Under the pieces are notes generated by a model, which saw only the letters and a list, made by a program, of their open reading frames with translations, ran no database searches and had not been told where the DNA came from. Made by a program: the position numbers and the translations under genes. This document shows, piece by piece, positions 26,256 through 33,944 of a stretch of DNA of 64,000 nt (positions are counted from its first letter, which is position 1; each line of letters begins with the position of its first letter). This stretch comes from Minisyncoccota bacterium (GTDB lineage Bacteria; Patescibacteriota; Minisyncoccia; Phycocordibacterales; UBA9973), in contig JARLIG010000009.1 in NCBI GenBank assembly GCA_031291825.1, forward strand, positions 983 to 64,982, given 5' to 3'.

Positions 26256-28427
26256 CTATTTTGCAATTTGGGTAGCTTCTTCAAATTTTACAGAGAGAAG
26301 TTTAGAAGCTTCATCAGAGCCGATGGTGATGCCGTAAAGCACACCAGCACGAGACATCGTCTCACGATTGTGGGTGACGACGACGAGTTGTGAATGTTTA
26401 GAAAGTTTTTCTAGCATATCTCCGTATTTGCGAGAATTTGATTCGTCTAGCGCCGCATCAGTCTCATCAAGCACCAAAAATGGTGGCGGATTTACTTGTG
26501 ACATCGCAAAAAGAAGAGCAATAGATGTGAGCGAACGTTCCCCGCCAGAGAACGCATTTATTTCTTTTACTTTCTTGTGTGGCAAAGAAACATTTATTTC
26601 AATCCCTTTTTCAAAAAGAATTTCTTCTTCCTCTGCTAAATCTTTCAGTTCATCATCTTCATCAGATTCCGTGGCTCTTTTCTTTTTCGTTTCCACCACA
26701 ATTGAAAGTGAGCCATGCCCGCCACCAAACATCAATGAAAAGAATTCCTGAAATTCAACATTTATCTTTTTCACGCCTTCTTTAAATTCAATATCAATTT
26801 TTTCTTTGAGGTCTACGATAAGTTTCTTTAAAGATTCAATACTCTTTTCCAAGTCTTCCATTTCCTTTGCTAAAAATAGGTCTCGCTCGGAAACTTCCTT
26901 AAATTCCTTGATTAATTCAGCTCCATTACCGAGTCCAGCATCTTCCAACTTTATTTTAATACGTTCAATTTTTTTCTTTAATTCGTCTTGTAGATGCCCT
27001 GCGACTTCTTCCGTCACTTGATATTCTCTGTAAGAAAAAATCTCCTGCCCAATAAGCGCTGCGCCTTCTTTTATTTCAGTTTCAAAAACTTCCGCCCGAT
27101 TTCTTAAATTACCTTCCTTGATATGCACCAACTCCAAGGCTGAAGAAAGTTCTTGGTGGCGCACCTTGAATGCGAATTTCTCACGCTCCAAATCACGCAA
27201 GGCTTCCATCTCCTTATTTATTTCCTGTTTTAAAATTTCCGCAGCATGACTGCCTTCTTTTTCTTCCGCCTCTATTTTTTTGACCTCTTCGAGCGACCTA
27301 GCTTGAGAATTTTTTAATTCCTCGAGTTCTTTTTCTTCATTATGTTTTTTCTCTATCTGTTCTGGTCCCTCTTTTATCTCACTTCCGCAAAGTGGACATC
27401 GCCCTGAAACAGCCACTTTATTTGCTCTAGCCTCCAGGATACCTTCAATACGGCCGAGTTTGCGTTCAAGCTCACCTTTGCTAGAACGTAGAGAATTTAT
27501 TCTTTGTTCGAGTAGTCTGAGTTCTTCTAAAGAAGAACCCCCACCCATCCTCCCCCTTAATAAGGGGGAGGTGTCAGAATGACGGAGGGGGTCATTATCC
27601 TCAATAATAGAAATTTTTTCGTTTACAATTTTCAGTTCATCAGAAAGTTTTTTACTTTCTCCAGATAAAGATTCTTTTTCTTGTTCTAAATAGATACTTT
27701 CCTTTTTTAAATATTCTCGATAAAGCTCCGTCAGTTCCGACTGCATTTCTTTTGTTTTCTCAAATTTTTCCACCTGCTTTTTCAAAAAGTTCAAATGCGG
27801 AGCATTTTCGCGACGCTGCAAAACAACCTCTTTCATATTCTCGTTGGTCTTTTCCAGTTTTCTTTCCGATTCTTTTATCTTGTATTGATAAATTTTGAGT
27901 CCAAGCGCATCTTCTACCATCTCCCTTCTGTCGCGTGCATTGGCATTTAAAATTCTATCTGCCTCGCCTTGGGAAATGATATGGTGTCCGCTGGAGCCGA
28001 TGTTGACCGAGGCGAGCAAATTGTGAATATCTTTTAATCTTACCTCTGTACCGTTTAAAATATATTTATTGAGTCCGTCGGAATAAACTTCACGAGAAAT
28101 CGAAATGACATCGTAATTTAAATCCAAAGTATCTCCCCCATCATTTGTAAGTTTAAAAACTTTGTCAGTATTATTAAAATATATAGTAACTGAAGCTTTA
28201 GATCCAGCTGATAATTTCTTTGAGCCTTTGAAAATCAAATCCGAGCCTCCACGCCCGCGCATAGACTTCATGGACTGCTCGCCTAAAACGAAACGAAAAG
28301 CCTCCACAATATTGGATTTTCCGGAACCGTTCGGCCCAACGATAGAAACAACTGGAGTTTCAAATTCCAAAACCGTCTTTTGCGCAAAAGATTTGAATCC
28401 ATTCAATTGAAGTGTTTTCAGCCGCAT
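26256..28427 (-). CDS. smc: SMC-family chromosome condensation ATPase, miniaturised (723 aa), with a CxxC apex in place of a canonical hinge
   Basis: N-terminus MRLKTLQLNGFKSFA...VGPNGSGKSNIVEAFRFVLGEQSMKSMRG..DLIFKG (SMC signature). C-terminal LSGGE..LVLDETDAALD. Long coiled coils. Mid-protein GRCPLCGSE. Conserved rnc-smc gene order. Confidence 0.8.
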   Translation of the reverse strand: MRLKTLQLNGFKSFAQKTVLEFETPVVSIVGPNGSGKSNIVEAFRFVLGEQSMKSMRGRGGSDLIFKGSKKLSAGSKASVTIYFNNTDKVFKLTNDGGDTLDLNYDVISISREVYSDGLNKYILNGTEVRLKDIHNLLASVNIGSSGHHIISQGEADRILNANARDRREMVEDALGLKIYQYKIKESERKLEKTNENMKEVVLQRRENAPHLNFLKKQVEKFEKTKEMQSELTELYREYLKKESIYLEQEKESLSGESKKLSDELKIVNEKISIIEDNDPLRHSDTSPLLRGRMGGGSSLEELRLLEQRINSLRSSKGELERKLGRIEGILEARANKVAVSGRCPLCGSEIKEGPEQIEKKHNEEKELEELKNSQARSLEEVKKIEAEEKEGSHAAEILKQEINKEMEALRDLEREKFAFKVRHQELSSALELVHIKEGNLRNRAEVFETEIKEGAALIGQEIFSYREYQVTEEVAGHLQDELKKKIERIKIKLEDAGLGNGAELIKEFKEVSERDLFLAKEMEDLEKSIESLKKLIVDLKEKIDIEFKEGVKKINVEFQEFFSLMFGGGHGSLSIVVETKKKRATESDEDDELKDLAEEEEILFEKGIEINVSLPHKKVKEINAFSGGERSLTSIALLFAMSQVNPPPFLVLDETDAALDESNSRKYGDMLEKLSKHSQLVVVTHNRETMSRAGVLYGITIGSDEASKLLSVKFEEATQIAK
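27540..27600. repeat. GC-rich double hairpin (cctccccc-ttaataa-gggggagg; aatgac..gtcatt) embedded in frame within the smc coding sequence
   Basis: Seen directly. It encodes the DPLRHSDTSPLLRGRMGGG segment inside an otherwise AT-rich coiled-coil region. Confidence 0.5.
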
Positions 28428-28439
28428 AATATTTTGTAA

Positions 28440-29270
28440 TTATAGCACTTTTTCTATTTCTTTTGATAAAAAAATCAACCAATCATTTAAAAGCTTAATG
28501 ATAATTCTGGAATCATCTGTTGGGTTTATCGCCATTTCTAGTGTCTTATACATTTCGTTTTTTTTCTCAGGATAATATTTTGAAAAACTTTCATAGCAAG
28601 TATATAAATCCCTAGTATATTTCTGTTCACGCTCCATTACCAATTCAAATCCAGTTCTTATAATACGTTTCATTATAAATGAACATTTATCTTTATACTC
28701 TTTTATATCTTGGTGTTGTTCATTTTTAAATGAATGAATATTTTTCTCTATATCATTTTTAATATCTTTATAGATAAAAGCACACTCTTTTCCTGGTTTT
28801 AATTTTGGAATATTATCGAATATATCTTTTCCATAAATACATACCGCTTGAGTTTTGAGAATTATATGTGTACCTTTTTCTTTATTAACTGCACGTTCTG
28901 GTGTAACAACAAAAATTTCAACCCTACGAACAAACGGATATTCAGTAATAATTTTTTTATTAAATTCGTTTCTCCATTCTGTGTTTATTTGTTCTTTTGG
29001 AAGATTAACAATTGCTATAGTGTCTAAGTCTGATATTTCGTCAATAGCCAAACCTTCTGCCACTGAACCTCTTATGTAAACAGAGTTAAGTATATCCCCG
29101 AAATATTTTATGTAAACATTTTTAGTTTCTTCTATGACTGGTTTCCATTTTTTTTGAAATCTATCTTCAGAAACTTTTTTTACAATAAAGCCATCTTTGT
29201 CTACCTCAAGATATCCACCGATTTTTTGTATTTTCTTTTCCATTATTACTCTTGATTTTAATCCAACCAA
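28440..29270 (-). CDS. Nucleotidyltransferase of the ANT(3'')/ANT(9) (AadA-like) family: pol-beta-type NTase domain + helical C-terminal domain
   Basis: GS-x9-SDLD motif (IRGSVAEGLAIDEISDLDTIAIV) and VEIFVV align with the AadA GSAVDGGLKPHSDIDLLV/VEVTIVV pattern. Confidence 0.55.
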   Translation of the reverse strand: MVGLKSRVIMEKKIQKIGGYLEVDKDGFIVKKVSEDRFQKKWKPVIEETKNVYIKYFGDILNSVYIRGSVAEGLAIDEISDLDTIAIVNLPKEQINTEWRNEFNKKIITEYPFVRRVEIFVVTPERAVNKEKGTHIILKTQAVCIYGKDIFDNIPKLKPGKECAFIYKDIKNDIEKNIHSFKNEQHQDIKEYKDKCSFIMKRIIRTGFELVMEREQKYTRDLYTCYESFSKYYPEKKNEMYKTLEMAINPTDDSRIIIKLLNDWLIFLSKEIEKVL

Positions 29271-29953
29271 TTTTTTACTTTTAAGGCGCCCATGGCGGCT
29301 GATTGTTCAGCTTCCTGTTTTGATTTGCCTTTGCCTTCGGCAATCAAGTCTCCCCCAAAGAAAATACCCACGGTAAAATGCTTGTCATGGTCTGGGCCTG
29401 ACTGAGTCAAAACTTTATAAGCCGGTGTGACAGACACAAATTCCTGTGCTTTTTCTTGCACCAGAGACTTCGCATCACGCCAAAGTTTTTTATTCACAAT
29501 TTCTTCGGTTTTTGGCAAAAGAGTTTTGGTGATGAATTTATTGGTGACTTCATAACCTTGGTCTATATAGATAGCTCCAACTAGCGCCTCATAAGTATTG
29601 GCTAAAATATACATTCGCGCCTTGCCGTAATCTTTCGCTTCACCTTTTGACAGAAGCAAATAATCATTCATTCCTACCTCACTCGCTATTTCAGAGATAA
29701 TGATGGCATTCACTAGAGCTGAACGCAGAGCCGTCAATTCCCCCTCTGTATAATTCGGATATTTTTTATAAAGAAAATCAGTGACGATAAGCTCAAGCAC
29801 AGCGTCGCCTAAAAATTCTAAACGTTCGTTGTGCGAGTGTGATGTTCCTCCATTCTCATTGATATAAGAACGGTGCGTAAAAGATTGTTTTAGTAAAGCT
29901 TTATTTTTAAAAACTACTTTTATTTTTTTTTCAAAATCGGAAAATTGTATCAT
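29258..29953 (-). CDS. rnc: Ribonuclease III
   Basis: ERLEFLGDAVLELIVTDFLY signature plus a C-terminal dsRBD (GKGKSKQEAEQSAA). Confidence 0.92.
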   Translation of the reverse strand: MIQFSDFEKKIKVVFKNKALLKQSFTHRSYINENGGTSHSHNERLEFLGDAVLELIVTDFLYKKYPNYTEGELTALRSALVNAIIISEIASEVGMNDYLLLSKGEAKDYGKARMYILANTYEALVGAIYIDQGYEVTNKFITKTLLPKTEEIVNKKLWRDAKSLVQEKAQEFVSVTPAYKVLTQSGPDHDKHFTVGIFFGGDLIAEGKGKSKQEAEQSAAMGALKVKNWLD

Positions 29954-29964
29954 TTTTGTGTTAG

Positions 29965-30885
29965 CTATTTTTTGGTGATAATTTCAATTGCCTTAGCAAT
30001 CAACGGGATTATGTCATTATAAATTCGCAGTTCTGGAATTGCTGAAAGCGGAAACCATCTTGCGCCATCCAACCCACCAGACTTTTCCAATTCAAGTTCT
30101 TTGTAATCGCTTTTAGCTAAAAAGTAAACCACCTTTTTCAAACTCTTTCCCTTTTCTGGATGAGTCGCCACATATTCATTATCTCCAAGTTTTTCTTCTA
30201 ATTGAATATCTAATCCTATTTCTTTTTTAATTATTTTAATCGTTCCAACTTGTACATCCTCACCTGCTTCAAGCTTGCCCTTAGACAGAGTCCAATACCC
30301 AAAAACATCATGCACTAAGGCAAATAAAAATTCGTCGTCTTTTTTGGCATATACTAACGCGCCACTTAAAGTTTCCACTGGTAGCTGAGTAATATCCAGC
30401 GGTTCATCATGTTTCTTTTTTTTGCTGATTTGTTCTTTGCCAGGTTCGCCTATTTCTTTGTAGACGGCACCTAAAACACCATTTACAAATTTACCAGAAT
30501 TTTCTCCGCCGAAAGTTTTTGCCAGTTCGATTGATTCATTGATAGCAACCTTCGGAGGAACTTCTTTGCGGTCACCAAAAAGTAGTTCTGCTAAACCGAT
30601 ACGCAAGATATTTCTATCAATAATAGAAATTTTATCAATCGGCCAATCTGGCGCGGCTTTTTCGATGATTTCATCAATTACCACGCGCTTCTTTAGAACT
30701 TGGTCAATCAGAGAAAAGACAAAAGCATCATCTTCAAAACCAGGAGCAAATTCTTTTAAATTTCTTTTTAAAACGTTTTTTATCTCCTCATTTGATAGGT
30801 CGGCGCTTTTTTTATTATCAGGAGAAAAATCCAATTCAAAAAGGGTCTGAAGAACTATTGATCTGGAAAGGTGCCTATTTGACAT
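29965..30885 (-). CDS. nusB: NusB antitermination-factor domain fused to a C-terminal (degenerate) Nudix hydrolase domain
   Basis: N-terminal NusB core (RSIVLQTLFELDF). C-terminal ~150 aa with a Nudix-like box GKLEAGEDVQVGTIKIIKKEIGL (the REUxEE catalytic residues are mostly replaced). Confidence 0.65.
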   Translation of the reverse strand: MSNRHLSRSIVLQTLFELDFSPDNKKSADLSNEEIKNVLKRNLKEFAPGFEDDAFVFSLIDQVLKKRVVIDEIIEKAAPDWPIDKISIIDRNILRIGLAELLFGDRKEVPPKVAINESIELAKTFGGENSGKFVNGVLGAVYKEIGEPGKEQISKKKKHDEPLDITQLPVETLSGALVYAKKDDEFLFALVHDVFGYWTLSKGKLEAGEDVQVGTIKIIKKEIGLDIQLEEKLGDNEYVATHPEKGKSLKKVVYFLAKSDYKELELEKSGGLDGARWFPLSAIPELRIYNDIIPLIAKAIEIITKK

Positions 30886-30890
30886 TGTTT

Positions 30891-30960
30891 TAGGCGTTAG
30901 GCGTTAGGCGTTAGGCTTTAGCTTTTTATACTCGCTAGTGCCTAGGGCCTAGGGCCTAAT
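30891..30960. repeat. Short tandem heptamer repeats (taggcgt x4 and cctaggg x2) forming an imperfect inverted pair, directly upstream of the nusB start
   Basis: Seen directly: taggcgttaggcgttaggcgttaggctt ... gcctagggcctagggcctaa. The two blocks are approximately reverse-complementary. Confidence 0.6.
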
Positions 30961-30969
30961 CGCTATTTA

Positions 30970-31194
30970 CTAACTCTGCGCTACTTTTGCCTTGGCTTTC
31001 TTTTGCTTCTTTTCCACTTTTTTGATTAAATCGATAACCTTTTTACCACGGTAAAATCCACAAGCGGAACAGACAGTGTGTCGTCGTTTTAAAGCTTGGC
31101 AATTTTCGCACTTCGTAAAACTCGTACTCTCCAAAGCATGGTGAGAACGGCGGTTCTTCGTATGCGATTTTGTATGTCTCATTCGTACTACCAT
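30970..31194 (-). CDS. rpmF: 50S ribosomal protein L32 (with a C-terminal Lys-rich extension)
   Basis: RMRHTKSHTKNRRSHHAL...C..C....RHTVCSACGFYRGKKV zinc-ribbon L32 pattern. Confidence 0.8.
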   Translation of the reverse strand: MVVRMRHTKSHTKNRRSHHALESTSFTKCENCQALKRRHTVCSACGFYRGKKVIDLIKKVEKKQKKAKAKVAQS

Positions 31195-31258
31195 AATGGA
31201 TACATACTAGCATATTTAAAGCGGAAAGCAATTTTCATATTAATAACAATGTGGTATT

Positions 31259-33019
31259 ATGTATTTTATGGACAAGAATGAAAAAATTAACCACCAGAGA
31301 CATACCCTAGCGCATCTTTTGGCTGCGACCGTCGGAAAGATATATAAATTCGATAAAATCAAACTAACCCTCGGTCCAGCAGTTGATAATGGCTTCTATT
31401 ATGATATTGATTTTGGTGATGAGAAAGTGAGCGATACTGATTTGAAAAAAATCGAAGATACAATGCGTAAGGAATTGCCAAAATGGACTGAATTTACACA
31501 CAAAGAAATCAGTAAGGATGAAGCTTTGAAATTCTTCAAAAATGAATATAAGGCAGAGTTGATAAATGAAATTTCTGAACGTGGAGAAAAAATCACCACT
31601 TATACTTGTGGTGGTTTTACAGACTTATGCCGTGGCGGACATTTGGAACACCCAGCGACTGAAATAGACCCTGCTTCATTTAAGCTCGACCGTGTCGCTG
31701 GAGCTTACTGGCGTGGCGATGAGAAAAATAAAATGCTGACTCGTATTTATGGACTCGCCTTTGCAACCAAAGCAGAACTTGATGCTTATATTCTGCAACA
31801 AGAAGAAGCTAGAAAAAGAGACCATCGAAAACTGGGCAAGGAACTAAAATTATTTACTATTTCTGATTTAGTTGGAGCAGGACTTCCCCTTCTACAACCA
31901 AACGGAATGATTATCCGAAAAGAAATAGAAGATTATCTTTGGGATTTACATAAGAATAAAGGCTATAGTCGAGTTTGGACTCCACATATTACCAAACAAG
32001 GTCTATATGAAACTTCTGGACATGCAGCCAAATTTGGTAATGAACTTTTTCGAGTCAAAGGCGGTGACGAAGAATTTTTTATGAAGCCAATGAACTGTCC
32101 GCACCACATGCAGATTTTTGTTGATAACCAATTCTCGTATCGCGATATGCCAGTAAGATATTTTGAACCAGCAACCGTTTATCGTTATGAAAAGGCTGGC
32201 CAGCTTTCAGGGCTGACCCGCGTTCGAGCGATTACTCAAGATGATGGACATCTCTTTTGCCGAGTCTCACAAATAGGACAAGAAGTTAGCACTATTGTAG
32301 GAATAATAAAATCTTTTTATTCAACAATGAATATGATGGAAGGATACTGGGTCAGGTTATCTGTCCGTGGAGATGATATGAGTAAATATTTGGGTAGTGA
32401 TGAAGTCTGGAACAAAGCAGAAAGTGCTTTGGAAATAGCTGCTAAAGAAAATAAATTAAATTATAAAATAGGACGAGATGAAGCAGCTTTTTATGGACCA
32501 AAATTAGACTTTATGTTTAAAGATGCCATTGGACGTGAATGGCAACTCGCCACCATCCAATGCGACTTTAACTTACCAGAAAGATTCCAATTAAAATTTA
32601 CAAACGAAAAAGGAGAAGAAGAAAGACCTGTGGTCATTCATCGTGCAATTTCTGGTTCACTTGAAAGATTTATGGGCGTGATGATTGAACACTATGCTGG
32701 CAACTTCCCTCTTTGGCTTTCTCCAGTGCAGGTAAAAGTTATTCCAGTACGAGAAAACCACAATGAATATGCCAAGAAAGTTTTCGAATTACTAAAAGAG
32801 CATGATATTCGTGCTGAGTTTGATGATGCTGATTTAAACTTAGGTACTAAAGTTCGCGACGCGAAAAATAATAAAATGCCTTACTGGATAGTAATTGGCG
32901 ATAAAGAAGTGGAAGCAGACAAAGTCACATTGGAATCTCGTGATAATGGTCAGCTTGGACAAATATCAAAAGAAGAACTTGTAAAAAAGCTTTTGGAGGA
33001 AATTAAACAAAAGAAATAA
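31259..33019 (+). CDS. thrS: Threonyl-tRNA synthetase (class II), lacking the N-terminal TGS domain
   Basis: HRKLGKEL..F, the class-II catalytic motifs (FRVKGGDEEFFMKPMNCPHH, ...HRAISGSLERF) and the C-terminal anticodon-binding domain. Confidence 0.92.
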   Translation: MYFMDKNEKINHQRHTLAHLLAATVGKIYKFDKIKLTLGPAVDNGFYYDIDFGDEKVSDTDLKKIEDTMRKELPKWTEFTHKEISKDEALKFFKNEYKAELINEISERGEKITTYTCGGFTDLCRGGHLEHPATEIDPASFKLDRVAGAYWRGDEKNKMLTRIYGLAFATKAELDAYILQQEEARKRDHRKLGKELKLFTISDLVGAGLPLLQPNGMIIRKEIEDYLWDLHKNKGYSRVWTPHITKQGLYETSGHAAKFGNELFRVKGGDEEFFMKPMNCPHHMQIFVDNQFSYRDMPVRYFEPATVYRYEKAGQLSGLTRVRAITQDDGHLFCRVSQIGQEVSTIVGIIKSFYSTMNMMEGYWVRLSVRGDDMSKYLGSDEVWNKAESALEIAAKENKLNYKIGRDEAAFYGPKLDFMFKDAIGREWQLATIQCDFNLPERFQLKFTNEKGEEERPVVIHRAISGSLERFMGVMIEHYAGNFPLWLSPVQVKVIPVRENHNEYAKKVFELLKEHDIRAEFDDADLNLGTKVRDAKNNKMPYWIVIGDKEVEADKVTLESRDNGQLGQISKEELVKKLLEEIKQKK

Positions 33020-33034
33020 TCAGATAAATAACCT

Positions 33035-33571
33035 ATGAATGAAAAAGAATTATCGGAAGCAACGTTAGGCTTTCTCATAAAGGATGGGCATGTTTGGCTT
33101 GCTATAAAAACCAGAAACATAGGTAAGGACCGCTGGAATGGTTATGGAGGTGGAATGGAACCAGAAGATAAAAATATCGTAGACTGTCTAAAAAGAGAAG
33201 TGCTTAAAGAGTGTGAAGTTGAAATTACAGAAAAAGCAACAGAGAAAGTAGCAGTTATAGATTTTCACAACACAAAAAGTGATGGAAAAACTTTTGTGTG
33301 CAAAGTACATGTTTTTCTAATTAGAGAGTGGAGTGGAACACCTAAAGAAAGCGAAGAGATGGCATCTCCAACTGAATTTGAAATGAGTAAATTACCACTT
33401 GAAAATATGATGGCAGCAGACAAAGAGTGGCTACCGATAGTTTTGGCTGGCGAAAAGCTGGTTGGCGAATATCATTATGGACCGTTTCAACAAGAACTCA
33501 TCAAAGAAGGAAAATTTAAAATGGTTAAAGAATTACCTGGAGAACATTTAAGAGAATTCAAAATTCACTAA
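33035..33571 (+). CDS. MTH1/NUDT1-like Nudix hydrolase (oxidised purine nucleoside triphosphatase type)
   Basis: KDRWNGYGGGMEPEDKNIVDCLKREVLKECEV closely parallels the MTH1 [29 protein letters not shown]. Confidence 0.7.
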   Translation: MNEKELSEATLGFLIKDGHVWLAIKTRNIGKDRWNGYGGGMEPEDKNIVDCLKREVLKECEVEITEKATEKVAVIDFHNTKSDGKTFVCKVHVFLIREWSGTPKESEEMASPTEFEMSKLPLENMMAADKEWLPIVLAGEKLVGEYHYGPFQQELIKEGKFKMVKELPGEHLREFKIH

Positions 33572-33645
33572 AAACTTTTATAAAAAGTCATACCCTGTAT
33601 AAATAAAAAAGTTTTATAAGAATTCTCTTATAAAACCTGAATTTA

Positions 33646-33828
33646 CTATCCTCTCATTTTCCACATCCTGTTTACTTCTTGAAAAATTTCTGGATTATTG
33701 TTTTCCCATTTCAGGGTTGCTTCCTTTATGATGGGATCTCTGTCTCTCACGCCCCTACCAGTGTGAGCTAGGACATAAGATATATACCTATTTCTTCTCT
33801 CTTTTCGTTGTATGTTTGTTTCTTGCAT
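33646..33828 (-). CDS. Small hypothetical ORF (60 aa)
   Basis: ORF only; basic N-terminus; no motif. It may be non-coding. Confidence 0.2.
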   Translation of the reverse strand: MQETNIQRKERRNRYISYVLAHTGRGVRDRDPIIKEATLKWENNNPEIFQEVNRMWKMRG

Positions 33829-33944
33829 AATTACGTGTTTTTTTTAATAAATTAATTTTTTTTAATTTAGATATTTAAACTCCAGACCACAATAAAATAT
33901 CTCCTTATCTTATATGAGAAATAAAAAAGTGCTGTAAATTATTT

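Noticed and set aside
26256-28427. Assigning the 723-aa ATPase as SbcC/Rad50 because of its CxxC apex
   Set aside because: The N-terminal FKSF..GPNGSGKSN..LGEQS..MRG..DLIFKG block is the SMC signature, not the SbcC signature. The gene sits in the conserved rnc-smc slot, and no sbcD/mre11 nuclease gene is adjacent.
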